From Bdellovibrionales bacterium (GTDB lineage Bacteria > Bdellovibrionota > Bdellovibrionia > Bdellovibrionales > JAGQZY01), in NCBI GenBank assembly GCA_964230645.1, contig CAXRHT010000002.1:768001-832000 (forward strand): a DNA stretch of 64,000 nucleotides, in the 5' to 3' direction. The position numbers and the translations under genes were made by a program. The notes beneath the pieces are model-generated. The model was not told the origin of the DNA, did not search any database, and saw only the letters and a list, made by a program, of their open reading frames with translations. Within the stretch, counting starts at the first letter, position 1. Every line of letters starts with the position of its first letter. Below, piece after piece: positions 39,728 through 49,152 of this stretch.

Positions 39728-40398
39728 TGAATGCCGTCCAAGGTGGTTTTTAAATTTGTGGAATCCAAAAACTTTTTAATGACTTCACACTCTTTGACCA
39801 GTTCTTTTTCGCCTTGATGCCAAGCCGTCTCGATGGCTTCCGTGTAGGGCTCAAGTAAATCATTGAGATCATTTTTTTCGATTCTTTGTCCTTGGCTTAA
39901 TTGAAAATATAAATAATAAAGGGCGCAGGCCTTCCACGCCTGTAGAAACAAGTCGTCTTCAGGTACTTTCTCAAGATTGTTCATGGCCTGTTTGAAGTCA
40001 AACCACTGACTGACAGGTTCTCCGATTAAACTCGGGCGACAAAGACATAATGTGGCTTCCACACTGTAAGTTGGAGTCTCAGAAAACATTAAGCCGGTGA
40101 TATGATCCAGGCGATCCTTACGTCGATAGCCCATATTCCAAGAGTTCATAAAAGCAAGATCTCTTATAAATAAAAAGGGATGCTCTTTTTCATAATAAAG
40201 GCTCAACTGGCTCTCGCTAAAAGCTCCATACTTTTCACTTTTATAGAGCTCTCCGAGCCACTCCATAATGTTTGAGTTAAATGGAAAATATTCTTCCATT
40301 TCCTCTTCGAACACCTGAGCGTAAGAGTCCATTAGAAGGTCAGTGGTGACCACTTTTAAATCACGATATAAAAATTGAACAGCATCGGATTGTTTCAT
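39721..40398 (-). CDS. Hypothetical protein
   Basis: 225 aa ORF coupled to the downstream lipoprotein gene; no motif recognised. Confidence 0.65.
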   Translation of the reverse strand: MKQSDAVQFLYRDLKVVTTDLLMDSYAQVFEEEMEEYFPFNSNIMEWLGELYKSEKYGAFSESQLSLYYEKEHPFLFIRDLAFMNSWNMGYRRKDRLDHITGLMFSETPTYSVEATLCLCRPSLIGEPVSQWFDFKQAMNNLEKVPEDDLFLQAWKACALYYLYFQLSQGQRIEKNDLNDLLEPYTEAIETAWHQGEKELVKECEVIKKFLDSTNLKTTLDGIQC

Positions 40399-40567
40399 AT
40401 TGAGCTTAAGTCTAACCCACTCAACAAAATTGTGAATAGGGCTTTAAAAATAAAGGCCAATCAAGGGGGTTTCGTCTTATTTTCCAGCCCAAAGGCTTGC
40501 TTGCGTTTTAGGCAACTCCTCCATTTTGCCAAGGCTGTTTTTTTCTGCCCTAATTTGACACAGGAAC

Positions 40568-40594
40568 TCTAATTTTTACCAAAGATGTCGATAA
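40568..40594 (+). promoter_or_regulatory. Putative sigma28-type promoter
   Basis: TCTA-N15-GTCGATAA; the GTG start lies 6 nt downstream. Confidence 0.45.
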
Positions 40595-40600
40595 GATAGA

Positions 40601-42991
40601 GTGGCTCGTCTTGTTCTTTTTCTATTCACCTTTAGCTCAGTCGTTTTTTCTCAAAATTTAAGGGCGCAATTTGTGCCAGTGGCAACTTTTCAGATGAAAG
40701 CTCCGAGGGGACTTTCTTATGGGAGTTCAGCTTTTGCCTTCGATAAAGCAACAACCATTTCGCCTATTACTCCTTCTCTAGAAAATTATAACAATGGGAC
40801 CCACCCTTCACTGTCTTACTCTGTTGACCCGGCCTTGCCTGCAGGCTTATCTCTCAATCCCGTAAATGGTGAAATAAGCGGAACCCCCACAGAGTACGTA
40901 ATCACCCCTGCGAACCACACCATCACAGTCTCAAATAGTGGGGGAAGCACTGAGGTCACAATTTCTATTTCAATCTCCCCTGTCAACTACACATGGACAG
41001 GGAACGCTTTTCCCGACACAAACTGGAGTAATTCGGCGAACTGGACTGGGGGAGCCGTACCAACAACTACTAATTCTGCCACCTTTGATAGCTACTGCGC
41101 TGACTATGGTAGCGGGTGCAATGCCACCATTGACACCAACCTAACATTAAACGCTGATATTCGTATGCTTAGTGACTATACCGGAACAATCACCCAGGAT
41201 ACTGGCGTCACACTCACTCTCGGAAATAATAGCCGTGGCTCACCCAACGGAATTATTCAAAGTGGAGGAAGTTTTGTTGGAGGTGATTCAGATATCACAG
41301 TCGACATCCTAGAACTCACTGGGGGAACTTTCACTTCAACAAGTGGAAACTTGTATATTGGATACAACGCCGAATGGGGTAGAACCTCTCGCACAGTGAT
41401 TGGTGCGGGCGTTACCTTTAATCATAATAACGGGACGGTGATCCTGGATCCCACCGGAAACAACAGTGCTTTCCGAGAGAATTTTGGACTGACACTCGAT
41501 CAATCCTGGTCTCTTTACAATCTTGAATTTGATATCGATTCTGCATCAACTTATGACGGAGAGACGACGGGCAACTACCTTCGCGCTTACGGTACATCCC
41601 GTCCCATAGAAGTTGCCAACGAACTGCATTTCCGAGATGGATGGGGAATGTTCTTAGATATCGATTTTTATGGAACGGATGTCTACTTCCATTGTGATGC
41701 TCCCACTTTTGATAAATGCTCGGACGGGCTACGAGAGCAAAATAACTCATCTATTCCTAACCATGGCGAATTAAGATTTAAAGGATCGACGGCACAGACT
41801 TATAATTACGACGCTGGTGCTGACTCTTGGCATCGTTTTGTGATTGATAATCCCAACGGAGTCACGACTTCTAGTACAGGAGACTTTTCAGTGGCTGGGC
41901 TTAATATAATGAATGGCTCCTTTAGTGCTCCTTTGGCCTCGGACTTTCACCTGTTCCGAGAGACCGACACTCACTATATGGATAACCCCCTAGGCTTCCA
42001 GATTGGAGCAACGGGAACCTTCTTCCACAATAATAGTAATGTTATCATTTCCGCAGAAAGACACTCTTATGGTGACCATCGTAGCAACTTTACTTTTCAA
42101 GATGACGCCACCTTTTACGATTTGACGATCAATCTCTACAGTCGTGATGCGACCAATGGGCGTGATGAAAATTACCTTGATTTAGAAGCGACGATCACAG
42201 TCCTTAATGATTTAGAAATTAATGATGGTCGGGTTTACGGAAACCCTGGGGTTATCGAAGTTCAAGGGGATTATCGCAGAACTTGCTCACAACTCACTCC
42301 CAGAAACCTTTGCCCTGGAAACGATTTCGGTAACCTGACTTATCGATTCACCAATGGTTCAAAGACAATATTGCTCGAACAGTTTGCCGGTGAACAAATG
42401 AGCAGTAGTATCGATTACAATATCGACCCAGGCGCTGGTGAAACAGTCACTTTGCAAGGCTTTGGTGGCATGAATGGCTCTGGTAACGACTTTACTGTGA
42501 GTAGCGGAACCTTTCATATCGATACCAACTCAGGCCTCCGGGTGGAAGACCTCCACAACAACGCGGCTATCACTTGCGCAATTGGCTCCTACTTACAATA
42601 CGATGGCGCTTTAGATGGAACTCCCGGCGCTGGTAATAACACGGCTTGCTACGGTTCAGGCCCTTCAGATGTAACTTTTGACCCCAGTGTAGACTGGGCT
42701 GACTTCTCAGGGACATCGGCGGCTGTGACACTGGTAGGAGTCAACGTGCAAATTGAAATTCAAATTGAGGTTAATCACACTCTTGGTTCCCCAGTCATTC
42801 AATTCCGTGAAAGTAGTTTTGGCTGGAGAACACTTGGAGATGGTGCCACCCAAAATATTAATATCTTACCTACTGAGACACTTGAATTTCGCACTAACGG
42901 TGGCAGTTCCGGTGACCAGGCCACTATAACGATTCGCAATGTCGACAATGCCAACGCTGTGGTTGACACGATAACGGCCACAGTCCCCTAA
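40601..42991 (+). CDS. Exported adhesin-like protein with a putative Ig domain and beta-strand repeats
   Basis: Signal peptide; LPAGLSLNPVNGEISGTPT (He_PIG-like); WTG...NWSNSANWTGGAVP; two TF.HNN..V repeats; Gly/Thr/Asn-rich. Confidence 0.8.
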   Translation: MARLVLFLFTFSSVVFSQNLRAQFVPVATFQMKAPRGLSYGSSAFAFDKATTISPITPSLENYNNGTHPSLSYSVDPALPAGLSLNPVNGEISGTPTEYVITPANHTITVSNSGGSTEVTISISISPVNYTWTGNAFPDTNWSNSANWTGGAVPTTTNSATFDSYCADYGSGCNATIDTNLTLNADIRMLSDYTGTITQDTGVTLTLGNNSRGSPNGIIQSGGSFVGGDSDITVDILELTGGTFTSTSGNLYIGYNAEWGRTSRTVIGAGVTFNHNNGTVILDPTGNNSAFRENFGLTLDQSWSLYNLEFDIDSASTYDGETTGNYLRAYGTSRPIEVANELHFRDGWGMFLDIDFYGTDVYFHCDAPTFDKCSDGLREQNNSSIPNHGELRFKGSTAQTYNYDAGADSWHRFVIDNPNGVTTSSTGDFSVAGLNIMNGSFSAPLASDFHLFRETDTHYMDNPLGFQIGATGTFFHNNSNVIISAERHSYGDHRSNFTFQDDATFYDLTINLYSRDATNGRDENYLDLEATITVLNDLEINDGRVYGNPGVIEVQGDYRRTCSQLTPRNLCPGNDFGNLTYRFTNGSKTILLEQFAGEQMSSSIDYNIDPGAGETVTLQGFGGMNGSGNDFTVSSGTFHIDTNSGLRVEDLHNNAAITCAIGSYLQYDGALDGTPGAGNNTACYGSGPSDVTFDPSVDWADFSGTSAAVTLVGVNVQIEIQIEVNHTLGSPVIQFRESSFGWRTLGDGATQNINILPTETLEFRTNGGSSGDQATITIRNVDNANAVVDTITATVP

Positions 42992-43023
42992 AAAAAAACC
43001 ACATCCGTCATAGATGTGGTTTT
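42991..43023. terminator. Bidirectional intrinsic terminator
   Basis: A-tract, AAAACCACATC-N7-GATGTGGTTTT between convergent genes. Confidence 0.8.
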
Positions 43024-43063
43024 GATTTATTAAAATTTTATTCGGCCCAGCTTCTGAACTTTT

Positions 43064-43498
43064 TTATCTTCTGCCTGATTTGATTTTAACCTGCAGTTTA
43101 GAAATGAGGTGTACAGCCATTTTTTCATGGACTTTACACATTTTAAGTTCATCTTTTCGGTAAGAACGTTGACTCGGTGTTAATGTTCCCGTTTCAAGTT
43201 CCATCTCATAATCCATTTTGTTGGCACGAATGCCTTCAAGCTCTTTGGTTTGTCTTTTAAAAAGCTTGTTCACTCCGCTCAGTGGAGCCACTTCAATCCA
43301 CTCTTCCTTGGAGCGGTACCAGCTTACCATTCTCAAAAAACGAGCTTTGTTTTTTGCGAGTGTAAATTGGGGATATTCTGATTCTTCGAGCTCTAATATA
43401 TTGTCGTACTTGTCGAGATCGAGATCATCCATTGTATTAAATACAACATCGTTTTGAGCTTCCGTATTCCCCGCTGGCGTTTCAGTCATAGTATCCAT
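43064..43498 (-). CDS. Hypothetical helical protein
   Basis: 144 aa ORF with RBS AAGGAGGA; no motif recognised. Confidence 0.7.
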   Translation of the reverse strand: MDTMTETPAGNTEAQNDVVFNTMDDLDLDKYDNILELEESEYPQFTLAKNKARFLRMVSWYRSKEEWIEVAPLSGVNKLFKRQTKELEGIRANKMDYEMELETGTLTPSQRSYRKDELKMCKVHEKMAVHLISKLQVKIKSGRR

Positions 43499-43616
43499 GA
43501 TCCGTATCCTCCTTATCCTATCCGGGTATCGTTATAACACAGATCTGACAATTTTTGGCTTTGGATTAAAAAAAAGGACAACTTTACTGAAAATCGTGTA
43601 ATTAAAACAGGTTCGT

Positions 43617-43979
43617 TCAGGCCTTGAACACCATATTTTGGGCGATTTTCCATCCCATATAACAGGCTAAAATACATAGAGAATTACTTGCAAGAAAGTA
43701 CAGGAGCGCTTTTGCGAGCATTCCCTCCTCAAAAAAAGTGATAATTTCCAACGAATAGGAAGAAAAAGTCGTGAGTGAACCTAAAAATGCAACGAGAATA
43801 ACGGACTTGGTCACTGGGGTGTACTCACTTAAATAAACAGCCAAAAAACCAATAAGAAGACTCCCTATAAAATTAACGCTAAAAGTACCCCAAGGTTGAA
43901 CGATCCACTGAGCGGCCGTTAAACGTATGAAAGCCCCAATGGCGGCACATAAGGTAAAAGCCAATATCGTTAAAAACAT
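43617..43979 (-). CDS. crcB: Fluoride channel FluC/CrcB
   Basis: GAFIR, PWGTFSVNFIGS and GSLTTFSSY. Confidence 0.92.
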   Translation of the reverse strand: MFLTILAFTLCAAIGAFIRLTAAQWIVQPWGTFSVNFIGSLLIGFLAVYLSEYTPVTKSVILVAFLGSLTTFSSYSLEIITFFEEGMLAKALLYFLASNSLCILACYMGWKIAQNMVFKA

Positions 43980-43980
43980 C

Positions 43981-44544
43981 TCACTGCCTACTGGTTTCGC
44001 TTTTAAGAGCTTCGGGGGCGACCTCTGATTGAATCTCTGCAATCAAGGCACGATTCAGTTCTAATTGCGTTTCGAGCTGGTTTATTTTTTTTAGTAGTTC
44101 AGGTTGAGAGCGTGGAGGCACTTCTTCAACGAGTTTTGATGTCTCTTGAATTTCATTGGTGATTTTTTTGTTGTTTTTCTCATAGTTGAAAACTTGCAAG
44201 CCTTTGTCGTAACCCTTGAGGAACAATTGTTCGCTGTTACTAGGGCAGATTTCGTTATAACCTCTTCCCTGCCGTCCAAAAACAAATCCCTGCTGGGGAG
44301 TACAGAAACTATCAAGTCCTGTGTTCCAGCCATTTAAGTACTGAGCCCTGTGCGCTGTTTTGAAATCCGAACATTGCTCGCTTTTGGACTGATAGTGGTC
44401 ATTTTTTTGCCCTTGAGCGGCGTCCGCCCGTCCAATTTCAAACCAGTCCATTTCGTCACACTGATAACTGATTTCGGTAATATCCATTGTCTGGCAGGAA
44501 ATTAGAAAAATCACTAAAGACAGAAGCTTTGTATTTGTTTTCAT
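43981..44544 (-). CDS. DUF2799-like lipoprotein
   Basis: Lipobox LISC; C...DWFEIGRADA..G, YLNGW..GL..FC and YNEICP; C-terminal coiled coil. Confidence 0.8.
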   Translation of the reverse strand: MKTNTKLLSLVIFLISCQTMDITEISYQCDEMDWFEIGRADAAQGQKNDHYQSKSEQCSDFKTAHRAQYLNGWNTGLDSFCTPQQGFVFGRQGRGYNEICPSNSEQLFLKGYDKGLQVFNYEKNNKKITNEIQETSKLVEEVPPRSQPELLKKINQLETQLELNRALIAEIQSEVAPEALKSETSRQ

Positions 44545-44550
44545 TTCGTT

Positions 44551-44579
44551 TTTTCGACCTCTTGCGTCTTATACTTTGA
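44551..44579 (-). promoter_or_regulatory. Putative sigma28-type promoter
   Basis: Minus strand TCAAAG-N15-GTCGAAAA, then 6 nt, then ATG 44544. Confidence 0.4.
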
Positions 44580-44592
44580 GTTCCGCACCAAC

Positions 44593-46173
44593 TCAAGCTT
44601 TCCTCAAAAAAAAGGCTTTCAAGCCGGCTTCCTTACTCTGCCACTCATAGTCCCACTGAGAGGGGGATACTTGTAAATTTTCAATGGGAAAGTTTTTCTT
44701 TTCTAACTGCTGAGTCCACTGATCCAGACTCCACTTTTCAAAGTTTGTAGAAAATAAAAGAGTGCCTTGAGCTTCTAGTCGGTCAAGGCAGAGATCAATG
44801 AGGTCACCAAAATCTCGGTCAATTTTAAAAGTCTTTTTACTTTTTTTGTGGCGTGAAAAGGAAGGAGGGTCACACACAATGATGTCGTATTTGAAGCCTT
44901 TCTTCTGGCTCCAAGTCAAATAATCAACGCTGTCCATAGCCATCCATCGAAATTTCTCTTCGCTAGGATTAAAACCATTGAGTTCAAAATTCTCGCGCCC
45001 CCAATTGAGGTACTTCTTGGAGAGGTCAACACTGATAACCTCTTTGGCCCCCCCACGGGCAGCCGCCAAACTGAACCCACAGGTGAAGGCAAATAAATTT
45101 AAGACTCGTAGACTTTTACAATTGTTTTTCACCCACTCCCTTCGATTTCTTTGATCGAGAAATAATCCAAAGTTCTGACCTCGATCTAGATGGGCTTTGA
45201 ACTTTAAATCATTCTCTTTAAAAAACCAGGATTCTTGTTTTTGCTCGGTTTGGCTTTCACTCAGTAATAAAGCCGTATTTTTTTTATCTTCCACTCCAGG
45301 ACGCCATTCAAAAAGCCAATTTTTAAAATTGAGCGTGCCTGCAAGCCGTCTGATTTTTTCTTCTTCACTTTGAGAGGGCGGTGTTTTTTGCCACCACCCT
45401 AAAACAATCTGCTCCCCCACTTGATCCCCGCGAAGGTCTCCTGTTTCCTGGTGGAAAAGGCGAAGGGCTTGATCTGTGTTTATTTTTTCATTGAAAAGAG
45501 TTTCTCGTCTTTCGTAGGAAGTAATCCACTGCGACCATTGCCGATCTTGCAGCCAGCTTAAATTGTCAAAGAGTCTTGAGGGCTGAGCTTTTTGTTTGAG
45601 TCTGTCTCCCTTCCATAGGAACTCAATACTAAGAGAATGGAGGAGAAGGCGAGGAAACTTTTTACCGCCGTAGATTTCATCGCCCAGAAGAGGGATTTCC
45701 GACTTAACGGCATGTTTTCGGATCTGATGTGTCTTCCCTGTGAAGGGTTTTGCCTTGTATAAGTAAAGTGAGTTTTCCGAGGCAATGCGAGTGAACTCGG
45801 TGACTGACTCAAAACCCCTATTTGACCCCTCTTTCCAAGGCCCCTCCAATATGTGAGGGGCTTGGTTTTTTTCCTCAACAACATGCCAGTGTTTAAATTC
45901 AGATTTTTTGTCAGTGACAAAGAGATACTCTTTTTTGACTTGATGGCCTGCAAACAAATCAGTGAGGTCTGAGGCAGCTTGCTTGTTTTTTGCAAAAACC
46001 AAAATACCTGAGGTTTCCTTATCAAGTCTGTGACAAACGTGAAGGGGTTGCTGAAGTGTTTCTTCCCACCACTCCACAAAACCCTGCCTATCATAGCTTG
46101 GTCTATGAGTCGGTATTCCTGGTGGTTTATGAACGAATAAGAGATCTTCGTTTTGGCTTAGGACTGTTGGCAT
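44593..46173 (-). CDS. Fusion of an RluA-family pseudouridine synthase and an RlmI/RlmK-like SAM methyltransferase
   Basis: N-terminal KPPG, HRLDKETSG, TGKTHQIR, LLGDEIYG and LH; C-terminal GLFLDQR, VLNLFAFTCGFS, VDLSKKYL and DPPSF. Confidence 0.9.
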   Translation of the reverse strand: MPTVLSQNEDLLFVHKPPGIPTHRPSYDRQGFVEWWEETLQQPLHVCHRLDKETSGILVFAKNKQAASDLTDLFAGHQVKKEYLFVTDKKSEFKHWHVVEEKNQAPHILEGPWKEGSNRGFESVTEFTRIASENSLYLYKAKPFTGKTHQIRKHAVKSEIPLLGDEIYGGKKFPRLLLHSLSIEFLWKGDRLKQKAQPSRLFDNLSWLQDRQWSQWITSYERRETLFNEKINTDQALRLFHQETGDLRGDQVGEQIVLGWWQKTPPSQSEEEKIRRLAGTLNFKNWLFEWRPGVEDKKNTALLLSESQTEQKQESWFFKENDLKFKAHLDRGQNFGLFLDQRNRREWVKNNCKSLRVLNLFAFTCGFSLAAARGGAKEVISVDLSKKYLNWGRENFELNGFNPSEEKFRWMAMDSVDYLTWSQKKGFKYDIIVCDPPSFSRHKKSKKTFKIDRDFGDLIDLCLDRLEAQGTLLFSTNFEKWSLDQWTQQLEKKNFPIENLQVSPSQWDYEWQSKEAGLKAFFLRKA

Positions 46174-46679
46174 TCCCCACAGGTCCCGTATAGCTCGAGA
46201 ACGTGGTGCGTGAGCTCAAATCCATGGCGTGTGGCCACGTATTCCTGTAAATCTTCGATCTTCTGATTTTCAAACTCAACGATTTTGCCACACTTTGTAC
46301 AAGTCAAATGGTCATGGTGATCTTTGGCAGCCCACTCGTAGCGAGCAGGCATTCCACCCATTCGTACTTCAGTAACAAATGTTTGCTCTGAAAGCTTTTT
46401 GAGAAAACGGTAAACTGTGGCGAAACCAATATCCGGATTCGACTCACTAACGATTTCAAAGACTTCTTGAGCGGTGAAGTGAGACGGTCCTCCTCGAACA
46501 ACCTCAAGGATCTGCACTCTCTGCTGGGTCACTTTAAGTCCCAGCTCTCGAATGATTTTTTTGTGAGGTACCCCTTTGTACTTGTCTTTTTTGGGCAATT
46601 GGGGTTGATTCTCGCTAACGGGTAAGAATGAGTGCTTTTCCATTTCCATGTCAGTGGAGATAGAATCTTCGGCACCCAT
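46158..46679 (-). CDS. fur: Fur family transcriptional regulator (start uncertain)
   Basis: GLKVTQQRVQIL, HFTAQEV, IGFATVYR, HHDHLTCTKCG and LYGTCGEC. Confidence 0.9.
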   Translation of the reverse strand: MGAEDSISTDMEMEKHSFLPVSENQPQLPKKDKYKGVPHKKIIRELGLKVTQQRVQILEVVRGGPSHFTAQEVFEIVSESNPDIGFATVYRFLKKLSEQTFVTEVRMGGMPARYEWAAKDHHDHLTCTKCGKIVEFENQKIEDLQEYVATRHGFELTHHVLELYGTCGECQQS

Positions 46680-46693
46680 TGTCAACAATAATT

Positions 46694-46712
46694 AATAATG
46701 AGTTTCATTTTC
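46694..46712. promoter_or_regulatory. Putative Fur box
   Basis: AATAATGAGTTTCATTTTC matches GATAATGATAATCATTATC at 14/19 positions; lies between the divergent fur and NYN genes. Confidence 0.6.
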
Positions 46713-46818
46713 TATCATTTATTCTCATCGAATTGAATGCTGTTTGAGATTAACAATTGAGTTCTGAGCACCAATTGATAACAATATGGTTGTCGAAGGC
46801 ATCATCAGGGAGAACACC

Positions 46819-47334
46819 GTGGCAAAAAAGAAATCCAAACGCTCAGGCTCATCCAGACAACATAAAACCCATGAATCCGATCAGCAGAAACACCTTTTAT
46901 TTCAGACTGTGGGTATTTTTATTGATGCGGAAAACATCGAACTCTCAGGCCTCAAACACCACGAGGGACGCACGGATTACCGCAAAATTCTTGAAAAAGT
47001 AGGAGATCGCGAGATCACTCGAATTCTCTACTACAAGCCGGAATACAAAGAAATTTCAACTGACTTTCAAAAATTCTGGTGGAGTCTTGGAGGAGAGATC
47101 AAACGGCCCCAAAAAAATGCGGATAGCTTTATGGTGATCGATGCGGTCACCATGGCCGATAAGCTTGATGTGGTCATTATACTAGGTGGTGACAAAGATT
47201 TCCTCCCTCTCATCTGGTATTTGAAGTCCAGAGGCTGCCGAGTGGAAATTTGGTCATGGCCTGAGGCCACCTCCCCTGAGCTCAAAGAAGCCGCCGACTT
47301 CTACTATCCTCTCAATAAAGACTTCATGGTTTAA
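46819..47334 (+). CDS. NYN/LabA/DUF88 (PIN-like) domain protein
   Basis: IFIDAENI, KNADSFMVID, GGDKDFLPLI...GCRVE and L.EAADF; GTG 46819 after GGGAG. Confidence 0.9.
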   Translation: MAKKKSKRSGSSRQHKTHESDQQKHLLFQTVGIFIDAENIELSGLKHHEGRTDYRKILEKVGDREITRILYYKPEYKEISTDFQKFWWSLGGEIKRPQKNADSFMVIDAVTMADKLDVVIILGGDKDFLPLIWYLKSRGCRVEIWSWPEATSPELKEAADFYYPLNKDFMV

Positions 47335-47424
47335 TCTGGTCAATCACTGAGCATCGTCCGCTCAGTTTCGTTACTGGTGGACAAAAAGCCTAGTGAACTA
47401 TATATTTCTTTTTCTTTCTTCTGC

Positions 47425-47501
47425 GCAGTCGTGGCTCAATTGGATAGAGCATCTGACTTCGGATCAGAGGGTTGGGGGTTCGAGTCCTCCCGACTGCGCC
47501 A
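47425..47501 (+). tRNA. tRNA-Arg, anticodon UCG
   Basis: Acceptor stem GCAGTCG/CGACTGC, D-arm GCTC/GAGC, anticodon arm TCTGA-CTTCGGA-TCAGA, T-loop TTCGAGT and encoded CCA. Confidence 0.97.
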
Positions 47502-47651
47502 AACTTCCTCAGTATCACACCTTTATTCCATGCTTTTGGTTATTTCTTCACGAAAGCTTTACAATCAAGTTTGGCTATCGGGCTTAGCCTTGATTATAGT
47601 CAAAGTGCTATGGCTAATGCGGAATCGAGCGACTTTTTTTCCATCACATTA

Positions 47652-48680
47652 ATGATCCAAGTGAAATCGGGACGGACCCTAAGGTGCGGTTTGACTGGGA
47701 AAAGGCCGGGCCCCTTGAGGGTTCATCTTGAAGGCTTGGGATGTACCATCGAAAATGCCGTCGATAATAAATTCGTTCGCTATTATTCAAAAAATGAAGG
47801 TCCCGTTTTGTGTGTCGAGCTTTCCAACTCCTCGGCATTGAGTCCAGAGAATGGAGACAAGCTTTTAACTTTAGAAGACCACATGAAAGATCTCCTCGAC
47901 TGTGTAAAACAAATTCGAGATATTTTTGAACTAAAGAAACCGCGCAGTTGGAGTGGTCACTCTCTGGGAGCGACGGTTCTTCTCCATGCTGCCACTCGCA
48001 ATAAGCTTCCACGCAATTCTCACATAGAGCTTATTAGTCCCTACTCCCGCTGTTTGAGTTACTATGTCATGGATCAGAAGACTTTAAAGCTTTTTGATTT
48101 TTTACGATCCTTTCAAGATCGCGCTATGGTAAGAAAAGTTTTTTCTCATTTGGCTTACAAATTACTGAGCCTGCGCCCTGATCCTCAGTTGCATCACGTT
48201 CTTAAGAACCCCTTACATATGCAGGCTTCCTTAGAGCTCATCCTTCCACTTCTAGGAGTAGACCTTGGTGCAAAAATCAATCGGAAGATGAAAAAATACC
48301 GATTTCACCTAGTGACAGCCGAGGCCGACGACATCATTCCCCCTATTGTTCACCTACATATTTATGAGAAAGTCATTTCAGCCGGAGCCGAAATTAGAAT
48401 GACCGTTTTCGAAAATTACGGTCACTTTCTTCCCTATGAAATCAGTCCTGAAGAAATCGAATCACTCTTCAATGAACAAGACGAGTCCCAACAAAATATT
48501 CATTCAAAATACGTTAAAGTTCTCACCCATGACTCTGATTCGGAAAGACTGGAAAGGCTTAAGACAAAATTAAAAGAAAAAAGTGACAAACATCTACAGA
48601 AAAGATTTTTTATACTTTTGAATACGCAAAACTATATCAGACAACTTAGGAGCTACCTATGGAACTCAAAGAACTCATAG
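47652..48680 (+). CDS. Alpha/beta hydrolase fold protein
   Basis: HLEGLG, nucleophile elbow GHSLG, AEADDII and YGHF; start moved downstream of the tRNA. Confidence 0.75.
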   Translation: MIQVKSGRTLRCGLTGKRPGPLRVHLEGLGCTIENAVDNKFVRYYSKNEGPVLCVELSNSSALSPENGDKLLTLEDHMKDLLDCVKQIRDIFELKKPRSWSGHSLGATVLLHAATRNKLPRNSHIELISPYSRCLSYYVMDQKTLKLFDFLRSFQDRAMVRKVFSHLAYKLLSLRPDPQLHHVLKNPLHMQASLELILPLLGVDLGAKINRKMKKYRFHLVTAEADDIIPPIVHLHIYEKVISAGAEIRMTVFENYGHFLPYEISPEEIESLFNEQDESQQNIHSKYVKVLTHDSDSERLERLKTKLKEKSDKHLQKRFFILLNTQNYIRQLRSYLWNSKNS

Positions 48681-49069
48681 TCGACGAATTTACAACTCCC
48701 AACCCTTTAAAAGTAGAGGTCGGAACCAGCTTAAACCAAGCTTGGGAAACAATGTTTAGCAATAAAATTCGGCACATCCTTGTCCACAAAGAAAATGACA
48801 TCGTGGGAATTGTTAGCTCAAGAGATTTGACCACCTTCTCGCAAGCTTCAAATTTTGAAGAATTAAAAGTTGAAGATATTATGTCAAAAGACATTTACAC
48901 CGTTTCTCCTGAGACGAAACTCTATGAAGTCGCTCTCAAGATGTCGAAAGAAAAAATTGGCAGCGCTGTTATTTATGATCCTACAGAAAAAAGCCTGGGG
49001 ATCTTTACGGCAACCGATGCCCTTAATGCTCTAGTGGAAGTTCTTAGAGGAGACATCGAAAAAGAGTAA
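48659..49069 (+). CDS. CBS-pair domain protein
   Basis: IRHILV..IVGIVSSRD, VEDIM and KIGSAVI...GIFTATD. Confidence 0.92.
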   Translation: MELKELIVDEFTTPNPLKVEVGTSLNQAWETMFSNKIRHILVHKENDIVGIVSSRDLTTFSQASNFEELKVEDIMSKDIYTVSPETKLYEVALKMSKEKIGSAVIYDPTEKSLGIFTATDALNALVEVLRGDIEKE

Positions 49070-49091
49070 AAGACTACCAAACGCATGGTTC

Positions 49092-49129
49092 AAAAAAAAA
49101 GCCTTGCCCCCAAAGGAGCAAGGCTTTTT
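49092..49129. terminator. Bidirectional intrinsic terminator
   Basis: A9-GCCTTGC-N10-GCAAGGC-T5 between convergent genes. Confidence 0.85.
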
Positions 49130-49152
49130 GGTGTGCGGGTGTGTGTTGGAGT

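Noticed and set aside
47377..47651. ORFs overlapping the tRNA, including the extended N-terminus of the 47472-48680 ORF
   Set aside because: They overlap a clear tRNA gene; the hydrolase start is better placed at 47652
47502..49069. Genomic island integrated at tRNA-Arg
   Set aside because: No integrase and no duplicated tRNA 3' end seen; downstream genes look chromosomal
25369..49148. Identical intergenic 12-mer GGGTGTGTGTTG at 25369 and 49137 (possible sRNA-target pairing)
   Set aside because: A low-complexity 12-mer match is expected by chance in 64 kb
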